A stretch of DNA of 64,000 bases from a virus: the IMG/VR virus record IMGVR_UViG_3300045918_000146, positions 15,030-79,029 of that record. One strand, given 5' to 3'. The notes under the pieces are model-generated. The model was not told where the DNA came from and searched no databases. It saw only the letters and a list, made by a program, of their open reading frames with translations. Shown piece after piece: positions 52,303 to 62,095 of the stretch; the first letter of the stretch is position 1, and the number at the start of each line of letters is the position of its first letter. A program made the translations under genes and the position numbers.

Positions 52303-52875
52303 ATGAAGAAAGTACTTATGTCAGTAATCGTAGCAATCGTAGCAAGTATTAGTAGTATGGCACACGCAAGTGAATATATGGGTATTGACTTAGGAAATAG
52401 CAAAAACAAAGCTATTAACTCACAGACAACGCATTATGGTACTGTGACATACGGCCAAAGTCTAGGTCATATTGATGTAGAAGGACGTTTGGGTGTTGGA
52501 CGTACTACCGATACTTTTGTAGATAGTAACTTTGCAGATGTTCGTGGACGTGTAAACTTTGACCCTATTGTTGGATTGAATCCTTGGTTACGAGGTACAA
52601 TTGGAGAAACATTTAGCAATGGAACTAACGCTGGATATTGGGCTTTTGAACCAGGTGTTACATATAAGGTAACACCTTCACTTAATGCAGAGCTTAGTGT
52701 TCAACGTACTGAGTTGTTTAATCGTAACTGGAGTGCCGCAGACCAATCTACTTATACACTAGGTGCTGTATATTCTGTGAACGCTAAAAATAGTGTATCG
52801 CTTAGGTATCTTAAATCTGTAGATGGGACACAACCTACAGCATATGAGTTTGGATACGTCCGTAGTTTTCAATAA
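52303..52875 (+). CDS. Outer-membrane beta-barrel protein
   Basis: Signal peptide ending AHA, alternating amphipathic strands, terminal YEFGYVRSF signature. Confidence 0.8.
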   Translation: MKKVLMSVIVAIVASISSMAHASEYMGIDLGNSKNKAINSQTTHYGTVTYGQSLGHIDVEGRLGVGRTTDTFVDSNFADVRGRVNFDPIVGLNPWLRGTIGETFSNGTNAGYWAFEPGVTYKVTPSLNAELSVQRTELFNRNWSAADQSTYTLGAVYSVNAKNSVSLRYLKSVDGTQPTAYEFGYVRSFQ

Positions 52876-52890
52876 TAGTTAGCAACCAAT

Positions 52891-52918
52891 AGAAATAGGG
52901 CCTATAGGCCCTATTTCT
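52891..52918. terminator. Bidirectional terminator, perfect 28-bp palindrome
   Basis: AGAAATAGGGCCTATAGGCCCTATTTCT between convergent ORFs. Confidence 0.8.
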
Positions 52919-52938
52919 TCATCTGCTATAATAAATTA

Positions 52939-53365
52939 TTAATATTCTAACCTACCGGATGTCGCTGTAGTAAGTAACCCGGAGCTTCCTATTAATGCCC
53001 ATGTAATAGATAGATCAGAATGTAATATAAACAAACCACACCCATCGGGTGTACCTTTTATTGCATATGGCTGTTGTCCCAGTAAGTTCCAAGCTAGAAT
53101 TGACGTTAAGTATGGAGCTACAGAATACCTATTGTAAACATTTAGTGTGCAGTTATTATAATTTATCATATATACATTTGCTGAATTAGGTGTAATATAT
53201 GAATCTATTAAGGGCGTAATTAACTCCGAACTTGTATAAGCAACGTAACTTAATCCTGTTAATTGATTAATAGCAAACTCCTGTATACAGTCAGTTCTTG
53301 TTACGATTAACGCTGAACTATCCGATGTAACATCTAATTCGCCCGCAAAGATGTGTAGTAAACAT
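52939..53365 (-). CDS. Hypothetical late gene; frame is open well upstream of the annotated ATG
   Basis: Frame open from about 53364 (LLHIFAGELDV...) to 52939; the ATG next to TAAATA is one base out of frame. Confidence 0.45.
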
Positions 53366-53446
53366 ATTTACCCACAATAATGTACATTAAATACGTATAG
53401 TTAATTTCTTCATCTATATCAACAACTTACCTTCTGAATAAAGATC

Positions 53447-53475
53447 TTGACCTTTACATAAAGTTCATGTATAAT
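53447..53475 (+). promoter_or_regulatory. Early promoter
   Basis: TTGACC-17 nt-TATAAT with extended TG. Confidence 0.75.
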
Positions 53476-54180
53476 CTTAACTATAGTAAACAATTGTAAC
53501 GGAGATCTACATTATGTATGCTTATTCGAGAACAGTATATAACATGCCAATACTTAATATTATTCCTATTACGGTAATAGGTCCAGTTGAACTTGGGTCT
53601 GGTATGATAGTTGACGATACTATGTACTATGTTGTGAACGAAGAACTAACTGCAAAGTTAAGCCAAGAATTTAAAGAACTAATGCATTAATGAGGAGTAG
53701 GTGTGAATACAGATAGCACAAAGTCTTATCAGCAGACTATTGAAATGTTAGCACAATGGAAGTGTCAAATGACGTCTATTGGTAGAAATGTCGAAGTAGA
53801 TGCTCGAGCAATAGCAGTCGTATCTTTCATATATAATGTGGGAGAAAAAGAAATAAGTCGTGCAATCTCCGACAAGGTATTGATGATATCTAAGCGTGCA
53901 GGTTAAAGTGGATAATAACTTTATTACAATATGCGAACTTATATTCATTGTAGCTATATTTGCATACATTGGATCTTACGAAAAACGCCGTATGTTGATG
54001 TTAAAGCGAGAAAATAGATGGAGAAAACGATGAACGAATTCAAAAAAATTGCTTATAGGTGGATACAGTATGATAAGGTTCATGAGATTAGTCATGTAAT
54101 AAAGTCTAACAAAGAAATTGCACGTATGCAAACAGAAGACCTAATCGCACGGTTAATGTTACCAAAAAAGGAAAATACAA

Positions 54181-54630
54181 ATGTTAATTGAAAGACTGAA
54201 AACAGCTCAAGTATTTGCACGTAAAGCTCGTGTTACAGACGTAGCCTCCTTACTTACAACTATTATTGGCGAAGCAGAAATGGTTGGTAAGTCTGCAGGT
54301 AATCGCGCATCAACTGATGCTGAAGTTTTAACTACTTTGAAAAAGTTTGAAAAAGGGCAAGTAGAAAATCTAAAACTTTTTACTGACCGCAACGACTACG
54401 CAAAAGCACAGATAGCAAAGTCTGAACTAACTATTATTCGTAGTTTTTTACCAGCTAAGATTTCCGATGAAGAAATTGCTGCTGATATTGCAATTATTGT
54501 CGAAACCAACAATTTACCTAAAGAACAAAAGTCGATGGGCGTGGTTACTAAAGCACTTAAAACTAAATATGCAGATCAATTTGACGGCGCACAAATCTCT
54601 GCTACGTTTAAACAAATGTATCTCAGCTAA
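54181..54630 (+). CDS. GatB/YqeY domain protein
   Basis: 149-aa helical protein: ERLKT...ARKAR, ELTIIRSFLP, KSMGVV. Confidence 0.8.
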   Translation: MLIERLKTAQVFARKARVTDVASLLTTIIGEAEMVGKSAGNRASTDAEVLTTLKKFEKGQVENLKLFTDRNDYAKAQIAKSELTIIRSFLPAKISDEEIAADIAIIVETNNLPKEQKSMGVVTKALKTKYADQFDGAQISATFKQMYLS

Positions 54631-54765
54631 TGTACAGCTTGCAATCTGAATATTTTTCTATTCTAATATCTAAGTTTCAGAGTCAACGCTTAGAAGTTGG
54701 GTATAGGGTATTCAAAACATAGGGACTATGGCACACATTGCATTAACATGGAGTTAGAAAAACAG

Positions 54766-55536
54766 ATGAAATTACATATAATGTCCGATTTACACCTCGA
54801 GTTTTTTAAACATACAGAAAGTTATCCTACTATTCCTGTCAACGATGCTGATGTAATTATTTTAGCAGGAGATATACATAAAGGGAATAAAGGAGTTTAT
54901 TGGGCTCGCGATAAATGGCCAACACAGACAATTATATATGTTCCAGGAAACCACGAATATTACGGCACACAACGAGCAGAAACCTTGTCACTGCTGTATA
55001 TTGCAGGTAAACAGTGTAACGTTAATGTATTAGATAACAACGAGTTAATTTTACCAGGTGTTCGTTTTCTTGGTACTACACTATGGACAGATTTTAAATT
55101 ATATGGAGATGGTGTAACAAAACAAATGGCAATGAATGTTGGACAACGTAGTCTTAATGATTTTCGTGTAATACATGAAGGCGCACGTGGTCATTTTAGT
55201 GCAGAACATTCTATTGAGATGCACGAGAAGTCGGTTGACTGGCTAACGTCTAAGATTGACGAACCTTTTGAAGGTAAAACTGTAGTAGTTACTCATCATT
55301 TACCTAGCATGTCTTCTGTTGCTGTAAAATATAAAAACGACCCAGTAACAGCATGTTTTGCTAGTAATTTAGAACGTTTATTTGGCATACCTAATCTCTT
55401 TATACATGGACATACCCATGTTTCTTGCGACTACGTTGAGAATTGTACTCGTGTTATTTGCAATCCACGAGGGTATGAATCATACGGCGGCATTGAGAAC
55501 CCAGAATTTAACCACTCATTAGTTGTAGAACTATAG
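54766..55536 (+). CDS. Metallophosphoesterase
   Basis: SDLHLE, LAGDI, PGNHEYY, GTTLWTDF, THHLP, HGHTH, CNPRGY. Confidence 0.9.
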   Translation: MKLHIMSDLHLEFFKHTESYPTIPVNDADVIILAGDIHKGNKGVYWARDKWPTQTIIYVPGNHEYYGTQRAETLSLLYIAGKQCNVNVLDNNELILPGVRFLGTTLWTDFKLYGDGVTKQMAMNVGQRSLNDFRVIHEGARGHFSAEHSIEMHEKSVDWLTSKIDEPFEGKTVVVTHHLPSMSSVAVKYKNDPVTACFASNLERLFGIPNLFIHGHTHVSCDYVENCTRVICNPRGYESYGGIENPEFNHSLVVEL

Positions 55537-55657
55537 TGCAAGCTATCACTAGACGTGATAGATACGAAATTTACATTTCTCCGCAAGATGAGAAATGGTA
55601 CTCGTGTGGTGGAATTTTCTCTTTCAACCATGAAGATATAGTACTAGTCCTATTAAG

Positions 55658-56031
55658 GTGATCATAATGCCTATGATATTAACTCCGCGACAACGTAATA
55701 AACAGCCGTTAGCAGAAGTACAATGGGTGAAAGATAACCTTATATGTACAGAAGTATTACGGAACAAATATGACGAAACACATTGGATATGGTGGATACC
55801 CGAAGAAGAGGATGCTGTAATTTTCGCATTGAGATGGTCATAGTGTCCAAACAATTATTCTTTGAGGCAGGATGGATATATTATGTTGATATTAGTCCAA
55901 AGTATGCTTCACACGAACAAGCTGTTACTTGGGCAAAAGATAACTTCAGTAAGAATGTAACTTGGGTTGGAACTGAATCTTGGTTTAAGTATGAGCAAGA
56001 TGCGATGTTTTTCGCTCTAAAATGGAAATAA
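55658..56031 (+). CDS. Two tandem small paralogs (55658-55843, 55834-56031)
   Basis: End in EDAVIFALRW and QDAMFFALKW. Confidence 0.6.
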
Positions 56032-56071
56032 TACTTGACTTTTTCTTTAAAAGCTGTATAATAGCTTTATT
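56032..56071 (+). repeat. 40-bp early-promoter module, identical copy at 57878-57917
   Basis: TACTTGACTTTTTCTTTAAAAGCTGTATAATAGCTTTATT at both sites. Confidence 0.9.
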
Positions 56072-56093
56072 AAATAACAAAACGGAGTTGAAA

Positions 56094-56276
56094 ATGAACG
56101 CAGAAATGAAAGCAAAACTGGAAAAGCTGGCGGCGCGCGATTGCTGGATTGACGATGACGATTTCATGGTGGACGACTACGCCGGAGGAAACATAGACGA
56201 TGCGTACTACGGCGGAAATGCAGATGGAGAGGCAGGTTTAGCACGGGCGTTACTCGCTGAATTTGGTGGGGCATAA
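56094..56276 (+). CDS. Small G+C-richer hypothetical protein ending in an attC-like site
   Basis: GGAG RBS, MNAEMKAKLEKLA; stop TAA lies in GCATAAC. Confidence 0.65.
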   Translation: MNAEMKAKLEKLAARDCWIDDDDFMVDDYAGGNIDDAYYGGNADGEAGLARALLAEFGGA

Positions 56277-56393
56277 CGTAGAGTTGAGCGGCGCGCCGAC
56301 AGGAACACTTGATAAAGGAAATGCACCATGAATACCAACACAGCTAAAAACGAAGAGAATATCGGCGTGTCCGACTCGAACGGCGGGTTAGAC
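56271..56393 (+). mobile_element. Integron attC-like recombination site 1
   Basis: GCATAAC-GTAGA-GTTGAGCGGCGCGCCGA...TCGGCGTGTCCGACTCGAAC-GGCGG-GTTAGAC. Confidence 0.75.
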
Positions 56394-56567
56394 GCCGACT
56401 CTAAGCGTATGCTGGAATTGCTGGGTAGCATATTTTATTGCGGAAGCTTTGTAGCAGAGACACACAACGAGCGTGAACTGGAAATGCTGATGCGGAAACA
56501 CGGCTATTTCATCGAGACATCCGACCAGTTTGATAACTACTGCGAGAAAGTACATATAGGCGGCTAA
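56328..56567 (+). CDS. Cassette-like small hypothetical protein
   Basis: Starts inside attC1, stops in GGCTAAC of attC2. Confidence 0.6.
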   Translation: MNTNTAKNEENIGVSDSNGGLDADSKRMLELLGSIFYCGSFVAETHNERELEMLMRKHGYFIETSDQFDNYCEKVHIGG

Positions 56568-56608
56568 CGTAGAGTTGAGCGGCACGCTTTAGCGTGACCG
56601 AGTTGAAC
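56562..56608 (+). mobile_element. attC-like site 2, right end truncated
   Basis: GGCTAAC-GTAGA-GTTGAGCGG-CACGCT-TT-AGCGTG-ACCGAGTTGAAC, no GTTRRRY. Confidence 0.65.
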
Positions 56609-56833
56609 GGGATAAAAGTCGTGAAAGAAGATGCATTATCTTTTCACTACGGAAACAATGCTAAACTAGTTCAGTTATTGCGAGAACAACATCGTAAAGA
56701 CGGCGAAGATCCTGCTACCTTTCCACAATTTCTAGAGGAAAATGGAGTAAAGATGGTCGGACCGTTGATAGTAATAGATGACAAGTTCGATCTAATGGCT
56801 CGTTTAAAATTCAGTAATACAGGGAGAAATTAA
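56594..56833 (+). CDS. Hypothetical protein
   Basis: GTG start inside attC2; true start uncertain. Confidence 0.45.
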   Translation: MTELNGIKVVKEDALSFHYGNNAKLVQLLREQHRKDGEDPATFPQFLEENGVKMVGPLIVIDDKFDLMARLKFSNTGRN

Positions 56834-56834
56834 T

Positions 56835-57848
56835 ATGAGGAAAATGGCTTCAATACAAAAGATTATAGATATTCAACCAATCGACGGTGCCGACTTGATT
56901 CAAGTTGCTACAATTAATGGTTGGAAAGTTGTTGTTAAAAAAGACGAGTTTAAAATTGGCGACTTAGTAACATACTTTGAAATTGATTCGTGGATTCCAA
57001 CTGCCTTAGCTCCTTTCTTATCTAAAGGAAAAGAACCGCGCGAATATATCAGCATTAAAGGCGAAAGACTGAGAACCGTACGTTTGAAAGGGCAATTATC
57101 TCAGGGTCTAATTCTACCGTTATCAATTGTTAGCGGAGGTGATGAAATAGGCTCTTTTAAAGAAGACGACGATGTATCTGAGCTAGTAGGTGTTGTTAAG
57201 TATGACCCGCCAGTAGCAGCTAACTTAGCAGGAGTTGCAAGAGGTAACTTTCCTATACAAGTACCTAAAACCGACGAAATTCGTGTCCAAAACTTAACAA
57301 AAGAATGGGATGAATTACGTACATATACTTATGAAGTTACAGAAAAAATCGAAGGCCAAAGCCTATCATTAATTATGGTTGATGGAGAATTTCATGTCTG
57401 CTCTAGGAATCTTAGTCTAAAATGCACTGAGGATAATCCATTATGGGGGATCGCAAGACGTTATAACGTTGAGGATAATATGCGTACACATAATCTAACT
57501 AATTTTGCAATACAGGGAGAATTGTACGGGGAGTCTGTTCAAGGTAACCACTATTCCATTAAAGGTACTGACTTTATGGTTTATTCAATGTACGATGTAA
57601 CAAAAGGCGAATATGTATCTCCAGAGGCTCGTCTCAATATATGTGAAATGTTAGGATTAAAGCATGTACCTATTATTGCAAACACATATACTCCGGACAA
57701 CATGTCCATTGATAACATTCTTGCTATAGCTAATGGTAAATCGTTAGTTAATCTAGAGAAACTTCGTGAAGGTATAGTATTTAAGCGTATAAATGGTCAA
57801 GAACACTGGAAAGCTGTATCTAACGAGTACTTGCTTAAACATGGTTGA
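56835..57848 (+). CDS. RNA ligase, DRB0094/Rnl5 family
   Basis: N-terminal OB domain (MRKMASIQ..I.GAD.I, YFEIDS, SQGL), TEKIEG, QGELYG, EGIVFK, KAVS. Confidence 0.9.
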   Translation: MRKMASIQKIIDIQPIDGADLIQVATINGWKVVVKKDEFKIGDLVTYFEIDSWIPTALAPFLSKGKEPREYISIKGERLRTVRLKGQLSQGLILPLSIVSGGDEIGSFKEDDDVSELVGVVKYDPPVAANLAGVARGNFPIQVPKTDEIRVQNLTKEWDELRTYTYEVTEKIEGQSLSLIMVDGEFHVCSRNLSLKCTEDNPLWGIARRYNVEDNMRTHNLTNFAIQGELYGESVQGNHYSIKGTDFMVYSMYDVTKGEYVSPEARLNICEMLGLKHVPIIANTYTPDNMSIDNILAIANGKSLVNLEKLREGIVFKRINGQEHWKAVSNEYLLKHG

Positions 57849-57953
57849 TATTATGATCAAGAATATCAACGAAATTGTACTTGACTTTTTCTTTAAAAGC
57901 TGTATAATAGCTTTATTGAAGTAACAAATTTTAATAAATGGAGTTTACACATA

Positions 57954-58964
57954 ATGAAGTCCACAACTGAAGACAAAATAATTGCTGCTGAACGTGCTGC
58001 AAAAAAAGAAGCTAAGACGTTAGAACTGGCTGAACGTGCTAAGAAAGTAGCTGCTAGGAAAGCTATAGCTATTGCAAAAAAGGAAGCACAAGAAAAAGCT
58101 AGAGCAAAAAGAGCTGTTGCTCGCGCAATAAAGGCAGAAGCACTTGAAAAACAATTGCAAGCTCGAAAAGAAGCTGAAATTGCTAAGTCTAACTCACTTA
58201 GCGAACAACGAAAAGCTACCCAACGTCCTAGTAAAGTAATTATTTTAGTTAAGAATGGTGTGGCGATTGAGCCTAAAACAACATAATACATATCTATGCC
58301 AAAGGTAAATTCTAAATTCGTTATGTATACTACAGAACACGGAGAAATTATGTCTATTAGAGATTTTATTCGTAAAGCACAAGCATTCTACCCTACATCA
58401 AAACCCATGCGGAAACAGTGGGTAAGAAAAACAATTAAATTGATGTCTGAAGGGAAACACATTGATTACGGCGCAAAGGTAAAATGGGGGACACAGAACC
58501 CCGCACAAGTATGAATCAAATGTTAGCAACAAGTTCCGAAGAAGGCTTAATAGTATTTTTGGTTACTAGTATTTGTGTTATTATGTTAATCAGTATAGGG
58601 TGGGCGATAACACAGCTACATAAGGAAAATGTCAATGACAAAACAAATTAATCCAATAGTGGTAATACCTTTATTAGATTCAGTAACAGAAACTAGTGCT
58701 GTATCTAAACCCAAAAAACCACGTCAAAAAAGTATTAAGAAAGCTAAAGTTACAGATCAATCTATACCCGTAAAGAAACAAGCAAAACAATCTACTAAGA
58801 ATTGGGTATGTGTACCAACAGAAGCAAATGACGTTATGGTTACAACGGTAATCGAACTACTAACAGCAATGACCGACGGTAGAATTAAAATTAAAAGCGA
58901 CGAAGATGCAATTAAACAATTATATAAGTCGTTTCTAAACTCAGCGTCGCGCCAAAGGACATAG
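57954..58964 (+). CDS. Basic hypothetical proteins (57954-58286 Ala/Lys-rich, 58296-58514, 58629-58964)
   Basis: ORF track; downstream of promoter module. Confidence 0.55.
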
Positions 58965-58969
58965 TTGTA

Positions 58970-59538
58970 ATGTACAAAATTAGAAACACTACAACCGGGT
59001 TTTTCTCTCACGGGATAGTGAGTATGTGGCGATCAAACGTATATGGCGAAACATCTGTGAAATGGTCTCGATCCGGTAAAACTTGGCTTACCGAAGAAGG
59101 TATCAAGAGTCATCTGTTAAAGTGCTATGCTGCATATGGAATACCAAGTACATGGGAAATTGTAGAGGTGGAATATAAACCTACAAAACCCGTAAATGAA
59201 TGGGTTGATGCAAAAATGTTACTGAAAATTCTTAAGTTAAATCATTCAAAATGACAACAGATACCTACTTCAAAATCCGTAGTAAACAATCTAAGTTGTA
59301 CTGCAAAGGCACACGCTATGCTAGACATTCCAATACCGGATATTACTGGAGTGAAAAAGGTAAGATATGGCCCACTATTGGAGATTTGCGACGTTATTTA
59401 AAGTCTATGGTTAATGCCGGCGGAATACCCAACGACTGGGAAGTAGTTGAATTAAAAATTACAATAGAATCAGTTAAATCCCCCTTTGACTGGGTTGACC
59501 CTAGACTACTGATAGATATACTTAAGAAGACTTATTAG
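58970..59538 (+). CDS. Tandem paralog pair (58970-59254, 59251-59538)
   Basis: Both [YF]KIR...G...WS..GK.W...GIP..WE.VE...WVD...L..IL. Confidence 0.7.
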
Positions 59539-59549
59539 CTTTATTCTCC

Positions 59550-59578
59550 TTGACAATGGTACTTATTTAATGTATAAT
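59550..59578 (+). promoter_or_regulatory. Consensus sigma70 early promoter
   Basis: TTGACA-17 nt-TATAAT with extended TG. Confidence 0.85.
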
Positions 59579-59609
59579 GCTTACTATTAAATAAGTATTG
59601 GAGAATAAC

Positions 59610-60650
59610 ATGGGTGGAAACGCACTTAACTTTGAGACACGTAGAGCTAGCAGAAATGAGTATGACGTAATTCGTTCTTATGTATTATTAGCCTTACGCA
59701 CCTTTTTTAACGATTCCTCTCGTAGAATTGAAGAAATACCTGCGTATCGTCAAAAGCCAGACTTTGGCGATTTAGATGTACTACTAGAAACACGTACAGG
59801 AGACTTGTACCATTACAAAACAATCATCACTGAATTGTTTAATCCGAAACAAGTTGTCCAAAACGGTCATATATATTCATTTGATTACGACAACTTCCAA
59901 GTTGATTTAATTCTTACCCCAACAGATATTTTTCAAACGTCTATTGATTATTTCTCAAATAATGACGCCGGCAATCTTGCAGGTCGATTGGCCAAAAAAT
60001 TAGGTTTTAAATACGGGCATGACGGCCTTACTTACATGTTCCGCGGGGAAGATCAAACTCATAGTGTTTATGACGAAACTATTGTTAGTAAAGATACAGC
60101 AGCAATTCATAAGTTTCTCGATCTAGACCATCAACGATTTATTGAAGGTTTTGACACTTTAGAAGAAATGTTTATTTGGATTGCTTCAAGTAAATATTTT
60201 CATTCTGATATTTACTTATTCCACAACAGAAATTATACTTCCCGTATCCGTGATCAGAAACGTAAAACGTATAACCAATTCTTAACTTGGTGTGCTGTTA
60301 CTCCGGTCCTTAATGCTTACCCTTGGACTCAAATGCGTGAGCAAGACGGTTATGCAGGTAAGCCTGAATTTCTTAAACTAGCACTTGACACTTTTCCAGA
60401 CTTTGCAACACGTCATGCGGAGATTGTTAAGAAACATGCTAATCATAAGATTGTTACGGGTAAGTTTAACGGCAACATTGTTCGCGAGCTCACCGGGTTT
60501 GAAGGTAGACAATTAGGCGAGTTTATGCAACATTTGCTTAATAATAACGGCGGTAAGGAACATGTATACAAATCTTTATTGCTAGCAACTAATTTCGATG
60601 TAAATAGTTTTATTATGTTGAACGTAAAAACATTTAACGTTCAACAATAG
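59610..60650 (+). CDS. Pol-beta-superfamily nucleotidyltransferase-like protein
   Basis: MGGNAL, KPDFGDLDVL, FQVDLI. Confidence 0.6.
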   Translation: MGGNALNFETRRASRNEYDVIRSYVLLALRTFFNDSSRRIEEIPAYRQKPDFGDLDVLLETRTGDLYHYKTIITELFNPKQVVQNGHIYSFDYDNFQVDLILTPTDIFQTSIDYFSNNDAGNLAGRLAKKLGFKYGHDGLTYMFRGEDQTHSVYDETIVSKDTAAIHKFLDLDHQRFIEGFDTLEEMFIWIASSKYFHSDIYLFHNRNYTSRIRDQKRKTYNQFLTWCAVTPVLNAYPWTQMREQDGYAGKPEFLKLALDTFPDFATRHAEIVKKHANHKIVTGKFNGNIVRELTGFEGRQLGEFMQHLLNNNGGKEHVYKSLLLATNFDVNSFIMLNVKTFNVQQ

Positions 60651-60833
60651 ATCATGTAAAAGGAGCCAATAATGAAACTAGCAAAAATAACAGATACCAT
60701 AAGCAACAAATAACAGAATTAAAAAAGAATAGTAATAACTTATATTTAATAGCACAGCAACTTGAATCTGGTACTCTTGCGCAGAAGAACAGAAATTAGG
60801 GAGAGCATTAGTTAATCAAATGATGAAAGATAT

Positions 60834-61163
60834 ATGGTAACAAATGAGAGTCTATCTTCTAGATTATCTGATCTTGGTGGTACTATATTAAATGCAGATT
60901 TGGCAATAATTGAAATGTATCTCCGAGAACTTATGAGGCTACAATCAAAAAGTCGTGTTCACGCTGACAGAGATGCAAGTAGCAATGACTCAATAATAAC
61001 TTTGAGAAAGTTTAAAACTAGGATTGAAAATAGTGAACTGTTAGAACTACCGTACAAAGTTTTAATTTTAGACTATGTTGATTTAAAAGAAAATAGACTA
61101 CAACGTATACCGAATATATCAAATGCCATTAATTATTTGTACGAAAACTGTAGGTATGATTAA
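60834..61163 (+). CDS. Hypothetical protein
   Basis: ORF track. Confidence 0.45.
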   Translation: MVTNESLSSRLSDLGGTILNADLAIIEMYLRELMRLQSKSRVHADRDASSNDSIITLRKFKTRIENSELLELPYKVLILDYVDLKENRLQRIPNISNAINYLYENCRYD

Positions 61164-62091
61164 AATATTTGATTGTTCTAACTCAAACAGTAGACATCAA
61201 GATCATAGAGGCTTTGGTGGACCTGTAGAAAATACCATTGTGACAGACCTAAAGAAGTATGCATATGACTATAATTTCGTATTTGTTGATAACATACTTA
61301 ATGCAGATGTTGTTTTCACTAACGATATTTTCACACCTGAATCTATTGCTAGTGGCTTACCATTAGTAAAACGTATGGATGGGATATTCTTCCAAGATAC
61401 TTTATTGAAGCGGAATGACAAATTAAACGATGCTGCAAGGCAAGCAGACCTAGTGATCTTTATTTCGGAGTTCAGTAAGGAAGCATTACACATCTTATAT
61501 CAAATAACGTTGCTGAAGGAAACAGTAATATTAAACTGGGTTGAACAAAGTACTTTCGCATATAATCATCGTACCGGAATACCTAAAATCTTTATTGCTT
61601 CTGCCACATCATGGAGAAGAGCGGAAAAAAGACTAAATGGAATTCTAAGTTTAGCTATTGCCAACCCAAACAAACAGTTTCGTTTAATAGGTAAGCTTGA
61701 CAAAATTCAACTCCCAAATAACGTAGTGTCTTTAGGTTATCTACATAACGATGTAGACATAGCATCTGCACTATGTAACGCAGATGCTATGATATGCACT
61801 GCATTTAGAGACGCGGCACCAAAAACTGTAGCTCAGGGATTAGCTACTGGTCTTCCGGTGTTCTATGCCGACTCGGGGGGTGTGGCAGAGTTAGTAGGAG
61901 GTAATGGATTAGGATTTACTGATAATAATAAACACACGTTTTACAGTGAGACGCCAAATATACAAATAGATCAGATGATAAAAGCATTTGATATTTTTTG
62001 TAATACACAGTATAATGTATCATATGACCCGTTACGTTACCAAAACGTAATTTCGAGTTATTTTAGCGAAATATCAAAATTAATAAGGTGA
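61156..62091 (+). CDS. GT-B (GT4-like) glycosyltransferase
   Basis: GGPVE, KRMDG, IFISEFS, EKRL, DAAPKTVAQGLATGLPVFYADSGGVAELV. Confidence 0.8.
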   Translation: MIKIFDCSNSNSRHQDHRGFGGPVENTIVTDLKKYAYDYNFVFVDNILNADVVFTNDIFTPESIASGLPLVKRMDGIFFQDTLLKRNDKLNDAARQADLVIFISEFSKEALHILYQITLLKETVILNWVEQSTFAYNHRTGIPKIFIASATSWRRAEKRLNGILSLAIANPNKQFRLIGKLDKIQLPNNVVSLGYLHNDVDIASALCNADAMICTAFRDAAPKTVAQGLATGLPVFYADSGGVAELVGGNGLGFTDNNKHTFYSETPNIQIDQMIKAFDIFCNTQYNVSYDPLRYQNVISSYFSEISKLIR

Positions 62092-62095
62092 GAAC

